From contig OZ242195.1 of assembly GCA_965205975.1 (NCBI GenBank), forward strand, positions 5,440,001-5,504,000: DNA of 64,000 bases, given 5' to 3'. Numbering within the stretch: the first letter of the stretch is position 1; each line of letters opens with the position of its first letter. Under the pieces are notes generated by a model. That model was not told where the DNA came from. It searched no databases and saw nothing but the letters and a program-made list of their open reading frames with translations. This DNA is from Candidatus Latescibacterota bacterium (lineage in GTDB: Bacteria; Latescibacterota; UBA2968). Positions 18,637-27,193 of the stretch are shown here, piece by piece. The position numbers and the translations under genes are program-made.

Positions 18637-20164
18637 GTTCCCTTTCCACTATACGGTTTCCTATCGTGGCCCAGTCGTTGTGAGTACTGATCGCAACATC
18701 GTCGTAGTCAGATCGGAATCCACCATAATCCACATCAAGAGGTATTTCCTTCACAATTGAACCCCTGGGGCGTTTTTTGGGCTCGAAAAGCCAGGTGCCT
18801 ACCTGGTCGGGGCTAAGCGCGTAGTCCGCACCGCCGATTCCTTTTCTGTCAGATTCCGAAAGTTCTGAGAGGCGCACCAGATTGGCGAGTTCTTCCAGTA
18901 CCCATTCGCTATGTGTGGTAATGATAATCCGTATGCCAGAACGCACTGCCGCAGCGAGATGCCGGATGAACGCGACCTGCATTCCGGGGTGCAGATGGGA
19001 TTCAGGTTCTTCGATGATTAAGACTTCTCCGGGTGAGACGACATGGCGAAGGTATAATACGACGGGAGCAATTTCCGATACCATTGATGAGGTATTCATC
19101 AATTGCATGTCTTCTTTCCACCCCGCTGGTTGATAGGAAAATACCGGATAGCCAGTGGCTGAATTTTCGATGCGAATTGATCCACTTAGAATTTCTTTTT
19201 CAAGACGTTGGGTGAGATTCTCATTCAGCCTTTTTCCTCTGCTTGACAAATCGCCCAATCCAATAAGCTGTTCAAGGAAGTCGGTGACAACACCAGAGAG
19301 TAACGCCTGTTCGGGCTGAAGACCCGCACGCGATGCTCTCTGGATCAAAGACCCTACGACAACTTTATTCGCATGCATGATGCCCGTGCGATCCGCTGGG
19401 AGATAATAGGCGGGCTGACTTACTGGGGCAAAGAAGTAAGAAATGATGTCTCCAGAAAAAAGACTATCTATCCATTGCTTCTGAAAAAATACTGGGTCGT
19501 CACTGCCTGGATAGTCTGGTTCAAACTGTTGGATTTTGGCTATGAATTGGACATACTTCTCAATGACATCTTTTTTGATCTGCAATGGTGCTGTGTCGGG
19601 AATGGAAGCAGTGAAAGTCTTTTTTTGAATATTGAATTTATACAATGAACCGTGATTATACCCAGCTTCTGGTGAGAGAGCAATTTTAGAGCTTTCCTTA
19701 CTTCCATGGCGAATAAGCTTTCTGGTCTCGTCAATACCAAAACACCGCATTATTTCGCCAGCTAGATCATCCCCGGGGAGAAGATGACTGAACAAGGCAC
19801 GGATCAGTGACGCAATTCCTTCTGGTAGAATCGCAGACGTATTCTCGTTTACTTGCGAAACGATTTCGTTCGCTTCGCCAACCAAACGCCTGATATTTTC
19901 TTCAGATATCCCGATTGGTAGGTCCTCGGATAATGCAAATTCGTCTAATAAACTCGTGTTACTAAAATAAAAATAAGGAGGTCTCTTTCTACTACGGCTA
20001 TTAAAAAACTTATGTAGCGCGTAGATCAAAATCGCCAAATAAGACTTTCCTGTATTGCTCGGTCCGACGAACACGGTGAGCGGGCGCAGTTCAACTTCTG
20101 CACTATAAATCGGTCCGAAATCTTTGACCGATAGCGTAAGATTTTTATTTTTTGATGTCGCCAT
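18629..20164 (-). CDS. Soluble ABC-type ATPase (AAA_15/AAA_21, OLD/AbiEii-like)
   Basis: DFGPI; Walker A GPSNTGKS; LPADRTG; signature TSSMVSE; Walker B IIEEPESHLHP; ITTHS; GGAGG RBS. Confidence 0.9.
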   Translation of the reverse strand: MATSKNKNLTLSVKDFGPIYSAEVELRPLTVFVGPSNTGKSYLAILIYALHKFFNSRSRKRPPYFYFSNTSLLDEFALSEDLPIGISEENIRRLVGEANEIVSQVNENTSAILPEGIASLIRALFSHLLPGDDLAGEIMRCFGIDETRKLIRHGSKESSKIALSPEAGYNHGSLYKFNIQKKTFTASIPDTAPLQIKKDVIEKYVQFIAKIQQFEPDYPGSDDPVFFQKQWIDSLFSGDIISYFFAPVSQPAYYLPADRTGIMHANKVVVGSLIQRASRAGLQPEQALLSGVVTDFLEQLIGLGDLSSRGKRLNENLTQRLEKEILSGSIRIENSATGYPVFSYQPAGWKEDMQLMNTSSMVSEIAPVVLYLRHVVSPGEVLIIEEPESHLHPGMQVAFIRHLAAAVRSGIRIIITTHSEWVLEELANLVRLSELSESDRKGIGGADYALSPDQVGTWLFEPKKRPRGSIVKEIPLDVDYGGFRSDYDDVAISTHNDWATIGNRIVEREHE

Positions 20165-20251
20165 TGCTGCCTCCTCTGAATATCCTGGATGGCTTATTGG
20201 GCAAGTGTACCTTTTTGGAGCAACGTTTTCAGATCCTTTGACGGTTCAATT

Positions 20252-21937
20252 TCAACCCTTACCAGAATTCGACAAGCGCATATCCTCTACGAGCATTTGC
20301 ACGCTGGTTCTGCCCTGCCATGTATTGGCCTGTAGTGCAAAGGCGAGATCGACGCGGTCGCCCACTGACAATTCGTAAACCCGCTCGCCCTGGCGGAACC
20401 AGATTGCATCGCACAGATCAGCACCTGTATCTACGCTGAGTTTCAAATGCGCCCCGCGGCCTATGGCGCGTGCATCTGCAATTCGGCAATCGCGAGCTAT
20501 AAAACGCGGCAACTCGTTTTTTGCACCAAAAGGTGCCAATTTGTCCAGAGTGTCAACGGTTGTCAGCGAAATATCGGATGGTTTGAGGGTGGCATCGACT
20601 TCCAGTTGGGGCGTCAGTGCTTCCTCTGATAGCCGCGCTTGAGCATCTGCGGTCAACCGGTCTTGAAATTCGAGATAATTTTCAGCGGGGACTGAAAAAC
20701 CAGCGGCATCGGCGTGTCCGCCAAATTCGGTGAGCAAATCCGAGACGCGGAAAATCGCCTCGACGATATTGTATCCACCTGCTGTGCGCGCAGAACCCGT
20801 GTAGATGCCATTTTTGCGAAAGTTGGTACACACCAGCGCTGGGCGCGAAAATTTTTCGACCAATCGCCCGGCGATCAGCCCGACCACACCCAGATGCCAG
20901 TCTTCACCGCGCACGACCAGAATGCGATATTGATCCAACCAGTTATCTTCTACCATGCGTTCTGCTTCGGCTATGCCGTCGTTTTGCAGAGTCTGTCTTT
21001 CGCCATTTAGACCGTTTAATTCCTCGGCGAGTTTTGCTGCCTGTTCCCGGTTTTGACAGCGCAATAAATCGAGTGCCAGATCAGCTGATGATAAGCGCCC
21101 GGCACTGTTGATGCGCGGTCCCAGGAAGAATCCAATAGAGATCGTGTCAACGGGGCGGTTGGTCGTACCCGCGACGGCTTTGAGTGCCTGCAAGCCCGGT
21201 CGCTCGGTGGTGTTGAGTACCTGCATCCCCTTTCGCGTAAGCAGGCGATTTTCTGCGAGCATGGGAGCCATATCAGCCACAGTGCCCAATGCGACGAGAT
21301 CCAGAAGCGAGTTCAAATATCGTCGGCGCTCTGAATCGGACAGGAACTCCGGTGCCAGCGCCTGTACCACCTTAAATGCCACCCCTACGGCGGCCAGTCC
21401 CTTGAAGGGATATTCGCAGTCTGCGCGATTGGGATTCACCAGCGCGAGAGCGTCTGGCAATTTGTCCTGTGGATGGTGATGGTCAATGACTACCACATCA
21501 ATTCCGGCGTTATTGGCAGTGTCAACAGCCTCAAAAGCTGAGATGCCATTGTCCGCGGTTACAATGAGTTGTGCTCCTTGTGCGTATGCCCTCTCTACAC
21601 CCGGTGGCTTCATGCCATACCCATCTCGAAAACGGTCGGGTAACAAAAATGCGGCATTGGCACCTACCATGTCGAAAAAATCCAGCAAAACAGCGGTGCT
21701 CGTGACGCCATCTACATCGTAATCGCCAAAAACCACAATGCGCTCTTTATTGTGAATGGCTTCTGATATGCGTTCAACTATGCGGTGCATGTCTTTCATT
21801 AAATAGGGGTCATTCAAAATATCGGGAGAGTCGGTCAAATCTTCTTTTGTCAATGAACGGTTTGCGAGAATGACATCGGCAATAGAATGATAATTGCCCT
21901 TATGGCGTATGTTCCATATCGGGTACCTAGGTTCCAT
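20252..21937 (-). CDS. recJ: Single-stranded-DNA exonuclease RecJ
   Basis: GDYDVDG, TADNG, DHH, GTVAD, GPRINSAGR, GSAR, FGGH. Confidence 0.96.
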   Translation of the reverse strand: MEPRYPIWNIRHKGNYHSIADVILANRSLTKEDLTDSPDILNDPYLMKDMHRIVERISEAIHNKERIVVFGDYDVDGVTSTAVLLDFFDMVGANAAFLLPDRFRDGYGMKPPGVERAYAQGAQLIVTADNGISAFEAVDTANNAGIDVVVIDHHHPQDKLPDALALVNPNRADCEYPFKGLAAVGVAFKVVQALAPEFLSDSERRRYLNSLLDLVALGTVADMAPMLAENRLLTRKGMQVLNTTERPGLQALKAVAGTTNRPVDTISIGFFLGPRINSAGRLSSADLALDLLRCQNREQAAKLAEELNGLNGERQTLQNDGIAEAERMVEDNWLDQYRILVVRGEDWHLGVVGLIAGRLVEKFSRPALVCTNFRKNGIYTGSARTAGGYNIVEAIFRVSDLLTEFGGHADAAGFSVPAENYLEFQDRLTADAQARLSEEALTPQLEVDATLKPSDISLTTVDTLDKLAPFGAKNELPRFIARDCRIADARAIGRGAHLKLSVDTGADLCDAIWFRQGERVYELSVGDRVDLAFALQANTWQGRTSVQMLVEDMRLSNSGKG

Positions 21938-21983
21938 AAAAGCTCCAGAGTGGTTGGTCAGAGGGAGTATATGCGATCTATCC

Positions 21984-22013
21984 TTGACTTGAAGTCAATT
22001 TGAACGTTAATTT
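21984..22013 (+). promoter_or_regulatory. Putative promoter of the ybjN-pspA operon with a 7-1-7 palindrome over the -35
   Basis: TTGACTT-G-AAGTCAA; TTGACT-18 bp-TAATTT. Confidence 0.5.
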
Positions 22014-22100
22014 TTGAAACTAATATTTCGCTTGGGTATCTCATAGGCAGGACGGAGGGCAAGTTATGCCTCTGCCGATAACCGCTTTCAGGAGTTTAAA

Positions 22101-22496
22101 ATGTCAGAATATTTCAATACAGTCAAATCTTATCTTCAAGACCTCAATCTCGCGGTTGACGAGGAAGATACCGCTGAAGAACTCGTTGTGGTGAGTGACG
22201 AAGACCGCGGTATCAATCATCTCATTGTCGATTGCGAGGATCCCATCCTCATTATTGAGCAGGCTATTATGCCCGTTCCCAATGTCCCCGGTGATCTGTA
22301 CAAAAGGTTGCTCGAAATGAATCGCACACTTGTTCACGGGGCGTTTACCCTGGACGATGAAACCGGCACGGTTCTTTTCCGCGATACCCTGCGCCTGGAT
22401 ACGCTCGACCGCTCTGAGCTTGAAGGCTCGATCACTGCGCTCGAACTCGCTTTGGCCGAAAATGCCGCCGAATTACTCGAATATAGCCATCAGTAG
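22101..22496 (+). CDS. YbjN/CesT(Tir)-chaperone-fold protein
   Basis: LLEMNRTLVHGAFTLDD...LFRDTL motif typical of the PspA-associated YbjN-like family. Confidence 0.8.
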   Translation: MSEYFNTVKSYLQDLNLAVDEEDTAEELVVVSDEDRGINHLIVDCEDPILIIEQAIMPVPNVPGDLYKRLLEMNRTLVHGAFTLDDETGTVLFRDTLRLDTLDRSELEGSITALELALAENAAELLEYSHQ

Positions 22497-22582
22497 GGAG
22501 CGGGTTGAACTGCTATCGCAGTTGTACATCGCTCGAAACCCGCCCGTACAAAAACTGACCATTTCCCCAAAAGGAGTATCTT

Positions 22583-23287
22583 ATGAGCATCTTTCAACGT
22601 CTCTTCAATGTGAGCAAGGCCGAAGTCCATTCAGCCATTGACAAGTTTGAAGATCCGATAAAAATGACCGAACAGGGCATTCGCGATCTAAAACAAGACC
22701 TCAATAACGCAATGACCAGCCTGGCAGAGGTCAAAGGGCAGGCCATTCGATTGCGAAAGCAAGCCGAAGACAATAAGAAGGCATCTGCTGATTGGGAGCG
22801 GAAGGCCATGGTTTTGCTCCAAAAAGCCCAAAGCGGCGATCTGGATGCTGGAGAAGCCGATCGGTTGGCTACCGAAGCCCTCAGCCGCAAATCAGAGGCC
22901 GATAGCCGTATCTCTCAGTTTGAGCAGGATGCCCAGATGCAGGAAGATATGGCCGCGAAGCTTCAAAGTCAGGTGGAGAAACTCAAATCTACCATTGCAA
23001 CACACGAAAATGAACTCATTTCACTGCGTGCACGTGCAAAAACAGCCGCTGCGACGAAGAAAATCAACAAGCAACTCGCCAAAGTCGATTCGTCTGGTAC
23101 AATCGCCATGCTCGAGCGTATGAAAGAACGCGTTGAAGAAGATGAATCGCTTTCGCAAGCTTATGGTGAAATGGCCGATGAATCCAAGAGCGTTGATGAG
23201 GAAATTGACGCGGCACTGAGTACTTCATCAGCCGGCACAGATCAACGTCTCGCCGAACTCAAGGCAAAGATGGGGATGAATTCGTAA
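22583..23287 (+). CDS. pspA: PspA/IM30 (bacterial ESCRT-III) family protein
   Basis: MSIFQRL amphipathic helix; EDPIKMTEQGIRDL; coiled coil; LAELKAKM C-terminus. Confidence 0.93.
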   Translation: MSIFQRLFNVSKAEVHSAIDKFEDPIKMTEQGIRDLKQDLNNAMTSLAEVKGQAIRLRKQAEDNKKASADWERKAMVLLQKAQSGDLDAGEADRLATEALSRKSEADSRISQFEQDAQMQEDMAAKLQSQVEKLKSTIATHENELISLRARAKTAAATKKINKQLAKVDSSGTIAMLERMKERVEEDESLSQAYGEMADESKSVDEEIDAALSTSSAGTDQRLAELKAKMGMNS

Positions 23288-23368
23288 GACTGACGCTGGG
23301 TGTGCCTGTGAGTGAGACACTGGCGCACCCGATTGAGATTTTTACTCGCTGCATTGCAGGGAGAGAAA

Positions 23369-23926
23369 ATGAATTGGAATCCGTTCAAAAAAAAGAAAGA
23401 AGAACCCGAAGTTCTCGATCCTCTCAGTATTACGCTGTCCGATCTCAAGCTGGGTTATGTCCTCGACTACGATCTCAAAACATGGAAGGTCACAGCGCAG
23501 CATTATTACGATTATGAAGGTGATCGCGCGGATGAATGGGAACTCACCTGCGGCGATGATGTGGCATATCTCGAGCGGTCAGAAGACGATAGTATCACTT
23601 GGGGCCTGACGCGCAAAATTCACCTTTCCGATGTTGAAGGCGATGTCCGCGGGCATATGCGCGACCACGACAATGATGATCCTCCCGATGAAGTTAGATG
23701 CCATGGGATTATGTTCTATGGCGTATCGTCAGCCGTTGGATCTTTTTACAAAGATGGCGGGGACGAGGGACAGAAGTTTATCATCTGGAATTATCTCGAC
23801 GAGTCGGAGAAACATACCTTATCTATTGAGCAATGGGACGAAGACGCTTTTGATGCCGCGGTGGGTGAGATTGTCGAAGAATATCAATTTAGCAATATCC
23901 TGCCGTCAGTAGCCAGTAGTCAGTAG
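23369..23926 (+). CDS. DUF4178-like protein
   Basis: YDLKTWKV...Y.Y..EW...W.Y...LSIEQW pattern; downstream of pspA; start MNWNPF. Confidence 0.75.
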   Translation: MNWNPFKKKKEEPEVLDPLSITLSDLKLGYVLDYDLKTWKVTAQHYYDYEGDRADEWELTCGDDVAYLERSEDDSITWGLTRKIHLSDVEGDVRGHMRDHDNDDPPDEVRCHGIMFYGVSSAVGSFYKDGGDEGQKFIIWNYLDESEKHTLSIEQWDEDAFDAAVGEIVEEYQFSNILPSVASSQ

Positions 23927-23933
23927 TCAGTTG
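23907..23933. repeat. Heptamer tandem repeat (CAGTAGY)x3 overlapping the DUF4178 stop
   Basis: cagtagc cagtagt cagtagt cagttg. Confidence 0.8.
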
Positions 23934-24053
23934 CTGGCCCGCTTAACCGCCCCAAGCTATTAGCGGTCAGCCAGCCTCTTGCCTCTCATCTGCGAAAAAC
24001 GCTCAAATTATTCGCGTTTTTTTCTGCGTCATCTGCGGATACTTTTCTCGTCT

Positions 24054-25580
24054 TTACTCAAACCCCCATTCTGATTTCCGGTAGTATCGATCTACTGTCG
24101 GCTCCATTTCTGTGCTGACTTCAATTGCGTGTTTTTCATCGAACATGCCCTTCCAGAAGTGCAACATGCCCCGCATTGCTTCTGCATTCAAAAATTGCGT
24201 TTCAATATCCTCAAAGGTGAGTTGTTGCGTTCGTTGAACGAGGTCCATTTCTTCGGCTTTCATTCCCAATATCCATCCCCAATCTCCCATTGTTGGTATA
24301 TAGGTGTGATAGGGGATGGTGGAAAAACCGGCGTCTGTCATCGTGCGCTCAATGCACAGAAATGCAAGGCGCGCGTTGAGAGGACTCGAAGCCTGGGTTA
24401 CCAGTACGCCATCGGGTGTTAAGTGACGCGCGCACAGGCGATAGAATTCCCGCGAATACAATCTGGCGAGGTCCGGTCCTTTGGGGTCGGGCAAGTCGAT
24501 GATGATGATGTTGAATAACGCATCTGAACGCGTCAAGAATGCGCCCGCATCGCCGATTACCACATTTACACGCGGGTCGTCCAGTGCCCGCGCATTCGCT
24601 TCCACAAAGACCGGGTGTGTGCGCGCCAGATCGATTATCGCTTTGTCTAAATCTACAAGGGTAATCGCTTTCACGTCTGCATATTTTGCGACTTCGCGCA
24701 CAGCCAGTCCATCCCCTCCGCCTAAGATGAGTACGTTGTTCCGCGATCCCGATAGTTTCATGGCCGGATGTACCAGCGATTCGTGATAGCGTTTTTCGTC
24801 ATAGGTGCTGAATTGCACGTTGCCATTTAAGTGCAGCCAGTGGTGGCCTTTCCATTCTGTTATGACAATGCGTTGATAAGCGGTCTGGTCTTGATAGACC
24901 ACGCGATCGCGATACCGACTTTGCTCGCCCCATATTACAATGGGACGGATATAGAGCCCCAGTACCAGAAGGCCCGCGCCCAGGGTCCAGAATGCCGTCA
25001 ATAGTAGCCAGCGACGCGCCAATAAGTGCCGATATTGCCACAGCAATACCGATGCTACGATAAAGTTAATCGCGGCCAACGCCAGCGGTGTGTACGTCAG
25101 GCCCAATTCTGGCAATAAAAAAAAGGCGAACAATAGTCCGCCGATCAAGGCGCCAAAATAGTCTTTTTCCATCACTGAAGCGATGTTGGTGCGCAGATCC
25201 TGATATGCTTCGTTCATGCGCGCGACCAGCGGAATTTCCATGCCGATGAGCACGCCGATTGCAAAAGCATAGCTATAGATAAAGACGCCTGCCGATAACG
25301 CGAGTACCGATCCAAAATACGCCACAACCGCACAGGTGGCGCACAGGACCGAGAGATAAAATTCGATTGCGATAAAGCGATCCAGTAATCTATCCGTCAA
25401 TAAGCGGCTCCATCGGCTGCCCAGACCCATGGCAAATAACATCAGCGACATGAGCACGGCCCACTGCAATGTCGTGTTGCCCAATAGATAGCTCGCCAAC
25501 GTTGACAATGTAAATTCGGCTACTATGCCAGCACATCCCGTGGCGAATATACAGGCTTTTAAGAGATAGCTTTGTCGCAT
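24054..25580 (-). CDS. speE: Membrane-anchored polyamine aminopropyltransferase (spermidine synthase with multi-TM N-terminus)
   Basis: About 7 TM helices with GMEIPL; QTAYQRI, YHESLVH, LGGGDG, IIIDLPDP, LYSREFY. Confidence 0.92.
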   Translation of the reverse strand: MRQSYLLKACIFATGCAGIVAEFTLSTLASYLLGNTTLQWAVLMSLMLFAMGLGSRWSRLLTDRLLDRFIAIEFYLSVLCATCAVVAYFGSVLALSAGVFIYSYAFAIGVLIGMEIPLVARMNEAYQDLRTNIASVMEKDYFGALIGGLLFAFFLLPELGLTYTPLALAAINFIVASVLLWQYRHLLARRWLLLTAFWTLGAGLLVLGLYIRPIVIWGEQSRYRDRVVYQDQTAYQRIVITEWKGHHWLHLNGNVQFSTYDEKRYHESLVHPAMKLSGSRNNVLILGGGDGLAVREVAKYADVKAITLVDLDKAIIDLARTHPVFVEANARALDDPRVNVVIGDAGAFLTRSDALFNIIIIDLPDPKGPDLARLYSREFYRLCARHLTPDGVLVTQASSPLNARLAFLCIERTMTDAGFSTIPYHTYIPTMGDWGWILGMKAEEMDLVQRTQQLTFEDIETQFLNAEAMRGMLHFWKGMFDEKHAIEVSTEMEPTVDRYYRKSEWGFE

Positions 25581-25619
25581 AAAAAATAAATAACTCGGCG
25601 GGTGGTTAGCCGCCGAGTT
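25581..25619 (-). terminator. Intrinsic terminator between the aspartyl protease gene and speE
   Basis: AACTCGGCGG-8 nt-CCGCCGAGTT stem followed on the minus strand by ATTTATTTTTT. Confidence 0.7.
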
Positions 25620-25636
25620 GAAGGGAATTAATCGGG

Positions 25637-26020
25637 TTAGCGCAAGGAAATATCACCTTGCAGAAAGTCAATTGTTAAAATTTGTCCACGTAGAAAATCC
25701 AGGCCCAAAAGCCCATCAACACTCGCACTCGGTGGCAGTGTATGAGCAAGTACAGGGAAATTTTCTCGCGTCTGCCCCAATGCTTGAAATCGAGTGACCA
25801 ATAAACGCGGTGTGTATTCAACACCGCTTCCCGTCGTGACTTGAACGCGATCAGGAGCTAATGAGGGATCGTATCCAATTGTTGTTAGCGGTGCAACATT
25901 AATCATCGTTCCTGTCGCACCAGTATCCAATGCGAGACGCAAAATAATACTGCCTGAAGGCCCGAAAACCTCAGCCTGAATAACGATAAGGCCGCGCAAA
26001 GGATTAAATATATCATTCAT
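25637..26020 (-). CDS. Retropepsin-like (clan AA) aspartyl protease, single domain
   Basis: Catalytic LDTGAT; C-terminal DGLLGLDFL. Confidence 0.9.
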   Translation of the reverse strand: MNDIFNPLRGLIVIQAEVFGPSGSIILRLALDTGATGTMINVAPLTTIGYDPSLAPDRVQVTTGSGVEYTPRLLVTRFQALGQTRENFPVLAHTLPPSASVDGLLGLDFLRGQILTIDFLQGDISLR

Positions 26021-26244
26021 AGTACGACCGCAGTATCTTCTGGGATTTCACCAGTATAGACAATTGCAGATCGTTTGGGTCTCAAAGTAACTGCTTTCCG
26101 ATAAACTTCGTCTCGGTCCTTGCTATGATGAAGTATTTTACCTTTTAAGACCTCAAGCGCATCATTTGTTTGAGGATTCTCGACCAGTACCCATTCCGAC
26201 TCAAATTGTGCCCTCATTTCTTCGACTGTCATGATGTTATCCAT
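26017..26244 (-). CDS. Small DUF5678-like protein
   Basis: 75 aa; EWVLV...GKILHHSKDRDEVY...YTG; AAGGAG RBS; ATGA overlap with the protease. Confidence 0.72.
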   Translation of the reverse strand: MDNIMTVEEMRAQFESEWVLVENPQTNDALEVLKGKILHHSKDRDEVYRKAVTLRPKRSAIVYTGEIPEDTAVVL

Positions 26245-26257
26245 CTTTGCTCTCCTT

Positions 26258-26335
26258 TTAGTCGAATGTATTGGTCGCCTCATTCTGCCAAATTTCACGC
26301 ATTGGAACTTTCTTCAATTCTCCAAAGTTATTCAT
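26258..26335 (-). pseudogene. 25-codon relic resembling the N-terminus of DUF4268-family proteins
   Basis: MNNFGELKKVPMREIWQNEATNTFD*; matches the recalled pattern G.LKKV.LRE.W..EA..F then stops. Confidence 0.55.
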
Positions 26336-26347
26336 TTCTGCCCTTTT

Positions 26348-27193
26348 TCACAAACTCCACACAATCAGGAACGACGCGCCGACGTAAGACGTGGCCTCGA
26401 TGAAGCCCGCGGCCAGATTGGGGTGTTCTTGATTGGCGATTTCATCGGTCAGTTTTTGTCCGGGTAAGAGGATCACATCGGAGATGAATCGAACGATGGG
26501 TAGCAAGATCAATCCCGCGACGACTTCGATTGCAAAGTCCTGTAAATTTACAGTCCAGGAAATAAAATTGCCAGCCGATGCGTGAAATACGATGACGCCA
26601 ATGCCGACCAGGGCGCCCGCAAAAGCGACGCCAGCGGCGACGTTGTCTTTTTCGATTTCGTCGTGAATGCTATACGGGGTAATCCATTCGTACATCAGTC
26701 CGGCCAATACCAGAGCGAGTTGGCCCAATGCCCAGAAAATCACGGTTGTCACAATTCCGCCAATCTCACCCGATACGGCGCCAAAGATTACCAGTCCCGT
26801 TGCGATATACGACGCGGCGACCACGACACCCGTACCCGCGTTTTGATCGTCGATTAATTCATCCCGCACTTTGAACCCGTGCAGGATCAATCCGTCATTG
26901 ACCAGACGAGACAGATTGAGCAAGATGATCGCCAGCAATCCGTATATGCCGATGTCGATCAAATCGTTTTCCAATCCCTGAGATGGGCCAGATAGGGTGC
27001 CGCCAATGGCCAATATCAATCCAAAATAATATCCCGCCATGCCTATACCCAGTGCTGCGTTGTCTTTTTCGACCAGTTCTTCCCGCACGCTATAACTCGA
27101 TGCCATCAAATCCCTGATCAATTTGCCGAGCCAGAATAATACAAACGCGCTGATGAGATAAATACCCGTTGCAATCAAATCTTGTAAAATCAT
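26348..27193 (-). CDS. DUF350 membrane protein (tandem domains)
   Basis: EELVEKDNAALG, DELIDDQNAGTG, DEIEKDNVAAG repeats between TM helices; start MILQDL overlaps the upstream stop. Confidence 0.85.
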   Translation of the reverse strand: MILQDLIATGIYLISAFVLFWLGKLIRDLMASSYSVREELVEKDNAALGIGMAGYYFGLILAIGGTLSGPSQGLENDLIDIGIYGLLAIILLNLSRLVNDGLILHGFKVRDELIDDQNAGTGVVVAASYIATGLVIFGAVSGEIGGIVTTVIFWALGQLALVLAGLMYEWITPYSIHDEIEKDNVAAGVAFAGALVGIGVIVFHASAGNFISWTVNLQDFAIEVVAGLILLPIVRFISDVILLPGQKLTDEIANQEHPNLAAGFIEATSYVGASFLIVWSL

